From positions 420,001-452,000 of the forward strand of contig NZ_CP046226.1 of NCBI RefSeq assembly GCF_012562765.1: a stretch of DNA of 32,000 nucleotides, written 5' to 3'. The notes beneath the pieces were generated by a model. The model saw nothing but the letters and a program-made list of their open reading frames with translations, made no database searches and had not been told where the DNA came from. Below, one piece after another: positions 10,504 through 19,400 of this stretch. The position numbers and the translations under genes are program-made. This DNA is from Candidatus Saccharimonadota bacterium (GTDB taxonomy: Bacteria; Pseudomonadota; Gammaproteobacteria; Enterobacterales; Enterobacteriaceae). Positions within the stretch are counted from its first letter, which is position 1; every line of letters begins with the position of its first letter.

Positions 10504-11634
10504 ATGACTAAAAATAATATGGCAACTGAATTAGTTACATTACGTAATCAAATTGATAAGTTAGATAAAAATTTAATAGATATTATTAAACAACGTTTAA
10601 AATTAGTAAATAATATTGGAAAATTAAAAAGTTTTTACGGTTTACCTGTTTATATTCCAGAACGTGAAAAATTAATAATAAATTTAAGAAGTAAAGAAGC
10701 TCAAAAATTAGGAGTATCTCCTAATTTAATTAAAGATATATTATATCGTATAATGTATGAATCTTATAAAAATGAAAATAAAAATGGTTTTAAAAAATTA
10801 AATGTAGATTTAAAAAAAATATTAATTATCGGTGGTAAAGGTAGTATGGGGAAATTATTTAAAAAAATGTTAATTTTATCAGGATATAAAGTTGATATTT
10901 TAGAGAAAGAAGATTGGAATAATAATATAGATAATTTTTTTTTAGATATAAAAATGATAATTATTAGTGTTCCTATATCATCATTAGATGATGTAATAAG
11001 AAAATTACCTACTTTATCTAAAAAATGTATATTAGTAGATGTTACTTCAATAAAAAATAAACCAATACAAAAAATGTTAAAAAAACATAATGGTCCCGTA
11101 CTTGGATTACATCCAATGTTTAGTCCAGATAATAATGTTTTAGCAAAAAAATTAATAATATATTGTCATGGTCGTTATCCTGAATCTTATGATTGGTTTT
11201 TAAATCAGATAAAAATTTGGGGGGTTAAATTAAAGTGTATAGATAAAATAGAACATGATAAATATATGTTTTTTATTCAATCGTTAAGATATTTTTCTAT
11301 ATTTGTACATGGTTTTCATTTATATACAGAAAATATTAAATTAAAAGAATTATTAAAATTTACATCTCCAGTATATAATATAGATTTAATTATGACAGGT
11401 AGATTTTTTTCACAAAATCCTAATTTATATACTGATATTATTATGTCATCTAATAAGAATAAAAAACTTATAAAACATTATTTAAAAAAATCAAATTATA
11501 TTTTATCATTAATTGAACAAGAAAATAAAACAGAACTTATTAAAATATTTTATAAAATAAAAAATTGGTTTAAATATTATATTAAATCTTTAAATTCAAA
11601 AAGTAATAATATATTACGACATATTAATAATTAA
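10504..11634 (+). CDS. tyrA: bifunctional chorismate mutase / prephenate dehydrogenase (T-protein)
   Basis: 376 aa. The chorismate mutase domain (LRNQIDKLDKNLIDIIKQRLKLV...YIPEREK) is followed by a dehydrogenase domain (IIGGKGSMGKLF, GLHPMFSPD, EHDKYMFFIQSLRYF). An alternative start at 10519 (MATELVTLRNQ) aligns better with E. coli MVAELTALRDQ. Confidence 0.93.
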   Translation: MTKNNMATELVTLRNQIDKLDKNLIDIIKQRLKLVNNIGKLKSFYGLPVYIPEREKLIINLRSKEAQKLGVSPNLIKDILYRIMYESYKNENKNGFKKLNVDLKKILIIGGKGSMGKLFKKMLILSGYKVDILEKEDWNNNIDNFFLDIKMIIISVPISSLDDVIRKLPTLSKKCILVDVTSIKNKPIQKMLKKHNGPVLGLHPMFSPDNNVLAKKLIIYCHGRYPESYDWFLNQIKIWGVKLKCIDKIEHDKYMFFIQSLRYFSIFVHGFHLYTENIKLKELLKFTSPVYNIDLIMTGRFFSQNPNLYTDIIMSSNKNKKLIKHYLKKSNYILSLIEQENKTELIKIFYKIKNWFKYYIKSLNSKSNNILRHINN

Positions 11635-11658
11635 AATTAATAAACATTAATTTCAATT

Positions 11659-11699
11659 TTTAGAAACTTAATATTAAATTTTAATATTAAGTTTCTAAA
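11659..11699. terminator. Perfect 41-bp palindrome (20-bp arms around position 11679) between the convergent genes tyrA and bamD. Probable bidirectional transcript-end hairpin.
   Basis: Hand pairing of 11659-11678 with 11680-11699 (tttagaaacttaatattaaa t tttaatattaagtttctaaa) shows no mismatch. Only two G:C pairs are present. No canonical U-tail follows on either strand, so terminator function is inferred from position only. Confidence 0.45.
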
Positions 11700-11715
11700 T
11701 ATAAATAATATATTA

Positions 11716-12432
11716 TTAAATAATATTCATTTTATTATATGTTTTTCCCATAATTATTAATGCTAAAATACTTTCTGATGTATATGGATAATCTTTAATT
11801 AATATTTCACATCTTTGAATAACTGATAGATACATTTCCTTATCAAAATAAAATTTAATAACATTTAATTCATATAACATTAAATTTTTTTTTAAAAATT
11901 TTAATTTTTTCTTTATAAGAGGTATATAAATACTGTTAGGATAATTTTTAATTAATAATTGAAAATCATATATAGCTTTTTTAATATAAAAAGGATTATA
12001 ATTATTTTTATTTATTCCAAATAAATACTGAAGTTTATTTTTATTTAATGATATTTCTGATAAACTTTTTATATAAAGTATATAATCTGTATATTTTGAC
12101 GTAGGATATATTCTAATAAATTCATCAAATAAATCTATAACTGTAAAAAATTTTTTATTTTTATAATATAAATAAATTAAATTAACTTTAATTTTTTGAG
12201 TATATTTATTGTAAGGATATATTTTATCAATTTGTTCGAACTTTAACATTGCTTCTTTATATTTTTTTTTAGATAAATCATTATTTGCTTCCAAATATTT
12301 TTCTTTAATAAAAAAATTTGTTACAATTTTTTTTTTATTAATATGTTTATATTGAGAACAATTAGTTATAATTATTAATAACAAAATTATTAATACATTA
12401 TAAAAAATATTTTTTATTATAAATTTTTTCAT
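11716..12432 (-). CDS. bamD: outer-membrane protein assembly factor BamD (TPR lipoprotein)
   Basis: 238 aa. Signal peptide with Cys25 (…LIIITNC|SQ). Similar to E. coli BamD (…[25 protein letters not shown] versus IDKIYPYNKYTQKIKVNLIYLYYKN; YPNSQY versus YPNSIY). It is divergent from rluD, as in E. coli. Confidence 0.85.
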   Translation of the reverse strand: MKKFIIKNIFYNVLIILLLIIITNCSQYKHINKKKIVTNFFIKEKYLEANNDLSKKKYKEAMLKFEQIDKIYPYNKYTQKIKVNLIYLYYKNKKFFTVIDLFDEFIRIYPTSKYTDYILYIKSLSEISLNKNKLQYLFGINKNNYNPFYIKKAIYDFQLLIKNYPNSIYIPLIKKKLKFLKKNLMLYELNVIKFYFDKEMYLSVIQRCEILIKDYPYTSESILALIIMGKTYNKMNII

Positions 12433-12518
12433 ATTTTAGTCTTTTAGAAATTAAATTTTAATTTAAAATAAGTATGATTAATATATTGTATTATTTACTA
12501 CTAATAAAATTATATAAT

Positions 12519-13478
12519 ATGAAAATAATAAAATTTAGTACTATTGTCTATAAATCTGATGCTGGAATGAGATTAGATGTATATCTTGCTAATAAATTAT
12601 TTAAATTTTATTCAAGATCTCAAATAAAAAACTGGATTATTAATAATAATATAAAAATAAATAATATTATTATAAATAAACCTAAAAAAAAAATTTTTAT
12701 AAAAGATGAAATAAAAATCAATATTAAAATATCACAAAAAAAAATATTATGGAAAGCACAAAATATTCCATTAAATATTATTTATGACGATAATTATTTA
12801 TTAATAATTAATAAAACTTCTAATTTAGTAGTACATCCAGGTAATGGAAATCCAGATAAAACTGTATTTAATTCTTTATTATATAATTATCCTTTTCTTA
12901 GAGATTTACCAAGAGCAGGTATTATTCATAGGTTAGATAAAAATACAACTGGATTAATGATTATAGCAAAAACAATGTTATCATATATTAATTTAAAAAT
13001 AGCTTTAAAAAAACATAATATTATAAGAGAATATGAAGCTATAGTAAGTGGTATTATTAAATATAATAATGATATTATTAATTATCCAATTAGAAAATAT
13101 TATAATAAAAAAAATATACGTATGATCATTGATCATAAAGGTAAACAAGCAGTAACAAAATATTTTTTAAAACGTATATTTAAAAATCATAGTCATTTAA
13201 GAATTAAATTATGTACTGGACGTACACATCAAATTAGAGTTCATTTGGAACATATTAATCATAGTATTGTTGGTGATCCTATCTATAAAAAATCACAAAT
13301 TAATATTATAACTATGAATGATAAACAATATTTACTTAATAAAATATTAAAAAGACAGGCATTACATGCATGTAATTTAAAGTTTATACATCCTATATAT
13401 AATTATCCATTAAATTTTCATTCTTCTTTACCTAAAGATATGCAATATCTAATTTCTATTCTAGAAAAAATAAAATAA
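12519..13478 (+). CDS. rluD: 23S rRNA pseudouridine synthase D
   Basis: The ORF track opens at 12474. The ATG at 12519 (MKIIKFSTIV...) aligns better with the E. coli RluD N-terminus. Contains an S4-like domain, the catalytic motif HRLDKNTTGLMIIAK, and GRTHQIRVH. It is divergent from bamD. Confidence 0.9.
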   Translation: MKIIKFSTIVYKSDAGMRLDVYLANKLFKFYSRSQIKNWIINNNIKINNIIINKPKKKIFIKDEIKINIKISQKKILWKAQNIPLNIIYDDNYLLIINKTSNLVVHPGNGNPDKTVFNSLLYNYPFLRDLPRAGIIHRLDKNTTGLMIIAKTMLSYINLKIALKKHNIIREYEAIVSGIIKYNNDIINYPIRKYYNKKNIRMIIDHKGKQAVTKYFLKRIFKNHSHLRIKLCTGRTHQIRVHLEHINHSIVGDPIYKKSQINIITMNDKQYLLNKILKRQALHACNLKFIHPIYNYPLNFHSSLPKDMQYLISILEKIK

Positions 13479-13681
13479 ATATTTTTATATTAAAAAAAAT
13501 TAAAAATATATTTTTTTTAAAACATATAAAATTATGGTAAATAAAATTGTTATTTAATAAATATTATCTTAGATATAAAAAATAAATTTATAAAATATAT
13601 TAATTAATATTAAAAATAATTTTATTAATGTAAAACTTTAGTTTATTATATTAATAATTAAAATTTTTTATTAATAAAAAT

Positions 13682-14356
13682 ATGAATATTAAAAAATATA
13701 TATTATTATTTAGCAGTTTATTTTTTTTAATTTTTTCTAATATTTGTTTATCATCTACAAAATTTGTGAAAAATATACATTATAAATTAATTAAACAATC
13801 TCAAAATATAAAATTAATTCCAGATTCTAAAATTCAAATTACAGAATTTTTCTCTTTTTTATGTCCTCATTGTTATGATTTTTATAATATGATTCATAAA
13901 ACAAATTTTTTAAATAAAAAATTTTTAAAAAATTTAAAAATAAAAAAATACCATATTAATAACATTGGAAATAAAGAATTATCTGAATTAGCTACTTATA
14001 ATTGGAGTATAGCTATTGCATTACATGTTGAAAGTAAAGTTCTTTTACCAATATTTGAAGGTTTACAAAAATCTCATAAAATTTATGATTACTTTACTAT
14101 GAGAAAAATATTTATTAAATCAGCTAATATAGATAAAAATATTTATGATGCAGCATGGAATAGTTTTATAGTTAAAGCATTAAATGTAAAACAACAAGAA
14201 TTATCTAAAACATGGAATATTACATCAGTACCATTTATTATTGTAAATAATAATTATCATATTATATTAGATACATTAGATATTACGTCTTCAAATACAT
14301 TTATTAATGATTATATAAATCTTGTAAAGATTCTTTTAAAAAAGAAAATTAAATAA
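13682..14356 (+). CDS. dsbA: periplasmic thiol:disulfide oxidoreductase DsbA
   Basis: 224 aa with an N-terminal signal peptide. Active site FFSFLCPHCYDF (E. coli FFSFFCPHCYQF), AAWNSFIVKA, and the cis-Pro loop SVPFIIVN. Confidence 0.87.
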   Translation: MNIKKYILLFSSLFFLIFSNICLSSTKFVKNIHYKLIKQSQNIKLIPDSKIQITEFFSFLCPHCYDFYNMIHKTNFLNKKFLKNLKIKKYHINNIGNKELSELATYNWSIAIALHVESKVLLPIFEGLQKSHKIYDYFTMRKIFIKSANIDKNIYDAAWNSFIVKALNVKQQELSKTWNITSVPFIIVNNNYHIILDTLDITSSNTFINDYINLVKILLKKKIK

Positions 14357-14384
14357 ATATCAATTTTAAAAAATTATATAATAT

Positions 14385-15254
14385 ATGAAAAAAAAATTAA
14401 TATTGATTGATGGATCATTTTATTTATATCGAGCTTATTATGCTTTACCTAATTTAATAAATACAAAAGGATTTCCTACAGGAGCAATATATGGTTTTAT
14501 AAATATGTTTAATAAAATTATTAATAATAATTTATTTAACTATATTATTATTATTTTTGATTCTAAAGGTCAATCATTTAGAAAAAAAATTTTTAATAAT
14601 TACAAAGCAAAACGTACTAAAATGCCAAATAATTTAATTATTCAAATAAAACCTTTATATAAAATTATAAAATCTATGGGATATCATGTAATATCTATTA
14701 AAAATATCGAAGCTGATGATATTATTGGTACTATTGCTAGCAAAGCTGTTAAAAATAATTATTTTATTTCTATATTTAGTTTAGATAAAGATATGGCTCA
14801 ATTAGTATCAGATAATATTAATTTAATTAATCCTATAAATAATTCTATTTTAGGACCAAATGAAATATACCATAAATATGGTGTAATGCCAAATATGATA
14901 AGTGATTTATTAGCATTACAAGGTGATCCTATAGATAATATACCAGGTGTAAAAGGAATTGGAAAAAAAATTAGTATATATCTTATAAATAATGTAGGAA
15001 ATTTAAAATTTATTTATAATAATTTAAATTGTATAAATAAATTAAATATTAATAGAATTAAATATATAAAAAAATGTTTATTAAATAATAAACAATTAGC
15101 TTTTCTTTCACATAGATTAACAAAAATTAAAACAAATATTAATATTAATTTAGATTTAAATAATTTAAATACATATTGTAAACCAGATAAAAAAATTTTA
15201 CTAAATTTAATTAAAAAATATGAATTTAAAAAATTAATGAATTATTTTAAATAA
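14385..15254 (+). CDS. polA: DNA polymerase I remnant: 5'-3' exonuclease (FEN) domain only
   Basis: 289 aa. Colinear with E. coli PolA residues 1 to about 300 (LILIDGSFYLYRAYYA, PTGAIYGF, EADDIIGT, DKDMAQLV, GDPIDNIPGV.GIG.K) and ending at LIKKYEFKKL (E. coli LFKKYEFKRW). The stop follows 7 codons later. Its position between dsbA and engB matches the polA locus rather than xni. Confidence 0.85.
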   Translation: MKKKLILIDGSFYLYRAYYALPNLINTKGFPTGAIYGFINMFNKIINNNLFNYIIIIFDSKGQSFRKKIFNNYKAKRTKMPNNLIIQIKPLYKIIKSMGYHVISIKNIEADDIIGTIASKAVKNNYFISIFSLDKDMAQLVSDNINLINPINNSILGPNEIYHKYGVMPNMISDLLALQGDPIDNIPGVKGIGKKISIYLINNVGNLKFIYNNLNCINKLNINRIKYIKKCLLNNKQLAFLSHRLTKIKTNININLDLNNLNTYCKPDKKILLNLIKKYEFKKLMNYFK

Positions 15255-15282
15255 ATATGAATTTTATTAATATATAAAATAT

Positions 15283-15936
15283 TTAATAATTATTAATCCA
15301 AAAATTAATTATTTTTCTTATTTTATGCAAATTATCTTTTTTTAATGATGAAAAAATTAAAAATTTTATTTTTAAATTAAATTTATATTTTGATTTTAAA
15401 TTTAGTAAAAAATTTTTTATTATAAATATTTTTTTTTTAATAATTATATTAGATAATTTATCAGATTTATTTAAAATTATTAAAATAGATTTTTTTTTAT
15501 TAAGTAATAAATTTAATAAAATTAAATCTATTTTTTTGAATAAAAATCGAATATCAATTATTAAAACTATTACTTTTAAAGAATTTCTAATTAAGTAATA
15601 TTTTTGAAAAAAAACATAAGTATTAAAATTGGATTTATTTAAAAATTTATTATATCCATAACCAGGAAAATCTAAAAAACGAATTTCTTGATTATTTTTA
15701 AATATATTAATTCTATATGTACATCCTGGAGTTTTACTAGTTCGAGAAATTTTTTTATTAAATAATAAATTAATTATTGTTGATTTTCCAACATTAGTAT
15801 ATCCAATAAAAGCAATTTCATTTCCATTATCATTAGTTAATTCATTTATATTTAAAATACTATTAATAAAATTAATAGACTTAAAATCAATTATCATAAT
15901 TAATATTTTATAATAAAATTTAAAATTAATATACAC
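15283..15936 (-). CDS. engB: ribosome-biogenesis GTPase EngB (YihA)
   Basis: G1 motif GYTNVGKST, TSKTPGCT, G3 motif DFPGYGY, G4 motif NKSD. The true start may be the ATG at 15897 (MIIDFKS...), which gives an E. coli-like length. It is convergent with polA, as in E. coli. Confidence 0.85.
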   Translation of the reverse strand: MYINFKFYYKILIMIIDFKSINFINSILNINELTNDNGNEIAFIGYTNVGKSTIINLLFNKKISRTSKTPGCTYRINIFKNNQEIRFLDFPGYGYNKFLNKSNFNTYVFFQKYYLIRNSLKVIVLIIDIRFLFKKIDLILLNLLLNKKKSILIILNKSDKLSNIIIKKKIFIIKNFLLNLKSKYKFNLKIKFLIFSSLKKDNLHKIRKIINFWINNY

Positions 15937-16026
15937 TAAATATTTAGTTATATGTTAAATAATATTAAAAAATATAAATATAATTTTAATGATGAAATTT
16001 ATATTTTTAATTTATAAGGAAATTTT

Positions 16027-17856
16027 ATGAAAAAAATAAGAAATATAGCAATTGTTGCTCATGTTGATCATGGTAAAACAACTTTAATAGATAAATTATT
16101 AGAACAATCAGATAATTATAAAAATAAAAAAAATTATTTTTATAAAGAAAAAAAAGAACGTTTTATGGATACTAATGATTTGGAAAAAGAAAAAGGTATT
16201 ACTATTTTTTCAAAAAATACATCTATATTTTGGAATAAATATCAAATTAATATAATTGATACTCCTGGACATGCTGATTTTAGTGCTGAAGTAGAACGTA
16301 TACTTTCTATGGTTGATTCTGTTTTATTAGTAGTAGATGCTACTGAAGGTCCTATGCCACAAACTAGATTTGTTACTCAAAAAGCATTTGATTATAATTT
16401 AAATCCTATTATTATAATTAATAAAATAGATAGAAAAGATATACGTCCTGATTGGGTTATTGATCAAATATTTGATTTATTTATTAACTTAAATGCATCT
16501 GATAAACAACTTGATTTTCCTATTGTATATACTTCAGCTATTAAAGGAATATCAGGTTATGAAATTAATAAAATAAATAATAATATGAATGCTTTATATG
16601 AATCAATTATTCATTATGTTCCGAAACCAAAAGTAAATATTAATCAACCATTTCAAATGCAGATTTCTCAAATAGAATACAATAATTATATAGGTAATAT
16701 AGCTATTGGATTAATTAAAAGAGGTACAATTAAAAATAATCAATTAGTTTTAATAACTAATAAAAATGGTAAAATAATTAAATGTAAAGTATTACATTTG
16801 ATTTATAATATAGGTTTACAACAAGTATATTCTAATAATGCTGAAGCTGGAGATATAATTGGTATTGCTGGTAATGGATTTGAAGATGTAAAAATTTTTG
16901 ATACAATATGTGATGTTAATAATATAGATCCATTACCACCATTAATAATAGATAAACCAACAATAAATATATTCATTCATGTTAATAACTCTCCATTTTC
17001 TGGTAAAGAAGGAAAACATATAACTTCTGGTAAAATTTTACGTAGATTAAAAAAAGAATGTTTATATGATGTTGCTCTTTGTGTAAAAGAAACTAATAAT
17101 TGTAATGTTTTTTGTATTTCAGGAAGAGGTGAATTACATTTAGTTATTTTAATAGAAAATATGCGAAGAGAAGGATTTGAATTAGCTATTTCTAAACCAA
17201 AAGTAATTAATCAAATTATTGATGGTATTTTACAAGAACCATTTGAAAAATTAATTTTAAATTTTGAAAATAGTAAAAAAGGAAATATAATTCAATTAAT
17301 TAGTAATAGAAAAGCTATTATAAAAAATATAACATATGATAAAAATAATAGGATTATAATTGAATCTATTATATCAAGTAGAGGACTTATTGGATTTAGA
17401 AATGAATTTTTAAATGCAACTTCAGGTACTGGTATTATTAATTCTTATTTTAGTCATTATGATAAAATAATATCTGAATCAATAGGACAAAGAAAAAATG
17501 GTGTAATTATTTCTAATGGACAAGGAAGTGCCGTAGGTTTTTCTTTATTTCATTTACAAGCTAGAGGTAAATTATTTATTAATCATGGTGATAAAGTTTA
17601 TGAAGGACAAATTATAGGAATTCATAATAAACTTAATGATTTAACTGTAAATTGTTTAACTGGTAAAAAATTAACAAATATGAGAGCTTCTGGTAATGAT
17701 GAAGCTATTAATTTAATTCCAATTAAAAAGATTCTTTTAGAAGAAGCAATAGATTTTATTAATGATGATGAATTAGTTGAAATCACTCCAATATCTATTA
17801 GAATTAGAAAAAAATATTTAAAACAAAGTCAGAGAAAAATATTACATAAAATTTAG
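16027..17856 (+). CDS. typA: translational GTPase TypA/BipA
   Basis: 609 aa. Motifs [30 protein letters not shown] and GRGELHL, plus the C-terminal BipA-type domain ([10 protein letters not shown]). Confidence 0.93.
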   Translation: MKKIRNIAIVAHVDHGKTTLIDKLLEQSDNYKNKKNYFYKEKKERFMDTNDLEKEKGITIFSKNTSIFWNKYQINIIDTPGHADFSAEVERILSMVDSVLLVVDATEGPMPQTRFVTQKAFDYNLNPIIIINKIDRKDIRPDWVIDQIFDLFINLNASDKQLDFPIVYTSAIKGISGYEINKINNNMNALYESIIHYVPKPKVNINQPFQMQISQIEYNNYIGNIAIGLIKRGTIKNNQLVLITNKNGKIIKCKVLHLIYNIGLQQVYSNNAEAGDIIGIAGNGFEDVKIFDTICDVNNIDPLPPLIIDKPTINIFIHVNNSPFSGKEGKHITSGKILRRLKKECLYDVALCVKETNNCNVFCISGRGELHLVILIENMRREGFELAISKPKVINQIIDGILQEPFEKLILNFENSKKGNIIQLISNRKAIIKNITYDKNNRIIIESIISSRGLIGFRNEFLNATSGTGIINSYFSHYDKIISESIGQRKNGVIISNGQGSAVGFSLFHLQARGKLFINHGDKVYEGQIIGIHNKLNDLTVNCLTGKKLTNMRASGNDEAINLIPIKKILLEEAIDFINDDELVEITPISIRIRKKYLKQSQRKILHKI

Positions 17857-17891
17857 TTTAAAAAATTTTATGTAATTATTAATATTAATTA

Positions 17892-18248
17892 TGGAGCTGG
17901 GGGGATTCGAACCCCCGTCCAAAATTACTACACTATAAGTATCTACATGTTTAGTATCATCTTATTATTCAACGAAATGAACTGATGAACAAAGTTACAA
18001 TGTCGTATAGTCTATTTTTTAATATATAATGCTAGACAAATTATATACGATCTCTTTATATATAACCCATTAACTCTTATTAAAGAGAGTAATAATAAGT
18101 AACAGGGCTCTCACAGTATTTTAAGCTGCTAAAGCATAATTTTTGTTTTTTGCAACTAAATTTATAGCACGGCTTTTTACAAGGCCAACCGTACAACCTT
18201 GACATGCCTCTTAAGTTTTATAATTCTGTCGAATCCAAAATCAGCCCC
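17892..18248 (-). ncRNA. ssrA: tmRNA (SsrA), about 357 nt. The 3' CCA is not encoded.
   Basis: The reverse complement starts GGGGCUGAUUUUGGAUUCGAC and ends GGACGGGGGUUCGAAUCCCCCCAGCUCCA (tRNA-Ala-like acceptor and T-arm). An internal reading frame at 18153-18121, GCA AAA AAC AAA AAU UAU GCU UUA GCA GCU UAA, gives the tag AKNKNYALAA. It is preceded by GUAAAAAGCCG...UAGUU, as in E. coli ssrA. This is the only G+C-rich island in the window. Confidence 0.95.
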
Positions 18249-18256
18249 TTATTATT

Positions 18257-18724
18257 TTAAATTTTAATATTTTTTTTTATTAAACGCATTTTATTTATAT
18301 TCCATTCTTTCTTTTTTAATAAATGACGTTTATCATATTTTTTCTTACCCTTTACAACAGCTATTTTTAATTTACACCAAGATTTTTTCCAATACAACCC
18401 TATTACAACAATAGTAAATCCTTTACAATTTAAATAATTTTTTAATAAAAAAATTTCTTTTTTATTTAAAAGTAATTCTCTTTTTCTTATAGGATTATAT
18501 TTAATATGATTACAAATAGTATTTAAAGGATTAATATTAGAATTTAATAAAAATACTTTAGTACTATTATGAAAAATACTCACATAACTATTACTAATAG
18601 TTATTTTATTTAATCTTAGTGATTTAACTTCCCATCCTTGCAATATAATTCCTGCTTCTATTTCTTCTTTAATAAAAAAATCATGATATATTTTTTTATT
18701 TAAAATAATATAATTTTTTTTCAT
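18257..18724 (-). CDS. smpB: SsrA-binding protein SmpB
   Basis: 155 aa. EAGIILQGWEVKSLR and LLLNKKE...GFTIVVIGLYWKKSWCKLKIAVVKGKKKYDKR match SmpB. It sits immediately upstream of ssrA on the same strand. Confidence 0.93.
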   Translation of the reverse strand: MKKNYIILNKKIYHDFFIKEEIEAGIILQGWEVKSLRLNKITISNSYVSIFHNSTKVFLLNSNINPLNTICNHIKYNPIRKRELLLNKKEIFLLKNYLNCKGFTIVVIGLYWKKSWCKLKIAVVKGKKKYDKRHLLKKKEWNINKMRLIKKNIKI

Positions 18725-18811
18725 TTAGATATATATATTATTTTATAATATTAATCTTTTTATCTTATCATAAAAAACAATATTTATTGTACCATATATT
18801 ATAAATAAAAC

Positions 18812-19141
18812 TTATTTATTTTGTATAATTTTTTTTATATTAATTAATCTATTTTTATTATTAAAAACTAATATAATTATATTTTGTTTGATTTTATTAT
18901 TTAATCTTATAATATTAATATAATACCAAATAGTATTATTTTTTTCATAATTAATAATATTTGGATAACCTAATATTAGAATAATTTTTTTTTTAGACAT
19001 ATTTTTTTTTATTTTTTTTGTTAAATTAATATCTAAAAAATTTCCTTGATGAGTATTTTCTTGATATATTAGTTTTTTTAATATTGTACAATTAGATAAC
19101 ATTAAAATAAAGGGTAATATAAAAATCATTTTATAATTCAT
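18812..19141 (-). CDS. bamE: outer-membrane protein assembly factor BamE (SmpA lipoprotein)
   Basis: 109 aa. Signal peptide with Cys18 (…LMLSNC|T). HQGNFLD aligns with E. coli BamE INQGNYL, and GYP....E.NTIWYY with GTPLMSDPFGTNTWFY. Its position next to smpB and grpE matches E. coli. Confidence 0.75.
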   Translation of the reverse strand: MNYKMIFILPFILMLSNCTILKKLIYQENTHQGNFLDINLTKKIKKNMSKKKIILILGYPNIINYEKNNTIWYYINIIRLNNKIKQNIIILVFNNKNRLINIKKIIQNK

Positions 19142-19159
19142 ATAAATATCTCTTTGAAT

Positions 19160-19190
19160 ATTAATTTATTATTAATTTATTATTAATTTA
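19160..19190. repeat. Tandem 11-bp repeat (attaatttatt), about 2.8 copies, just upstream of the bamE start
   Basis: Read directly: attaatttatt attaatttatt attaattta. It is low-complexity AT sequence, and its significance is uncertain. Confidence 0.6.
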
Positions 19191-19400
19191 AAAAATGAAT
19201 ATTTTATTATATATTTTTTTGTTTAAAATAATTAATTTTTTATTAAAATATTTTTAATATAATTAAATATAAATTAAAAATTTTTAATATAATTATTAAA
19301 AAATATTTAATTAAAATTTTTTTATAAAAACTTGATAATAATTGTATTACATTAATTAAATTATATATTTATAACTAATATAATGTAAACGGAGAAAAAA

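Noticed and set aside
17892-17940. A tRNA gene suggested by the GGUUCGAAUCC T-loop sequence.
   Set aside because: This is the tRNA-like 3' domain of tmRNA. The matching 5' acceptor half lies about 350 nt away at 18241-18248, and an internal tag ORF is present.
19331-19360. A sigma-32 heat-shock promoter for grpE (CTTGAT resembles the CTTGAA -35 element).
   Set aside because: No CCCCAT-like -10 element lies at an appropriate spacing. The nearest CAT (19350-19352) is several nt too close. In DNA this AT-rich, -35 and -10 look-alikes are not informative.
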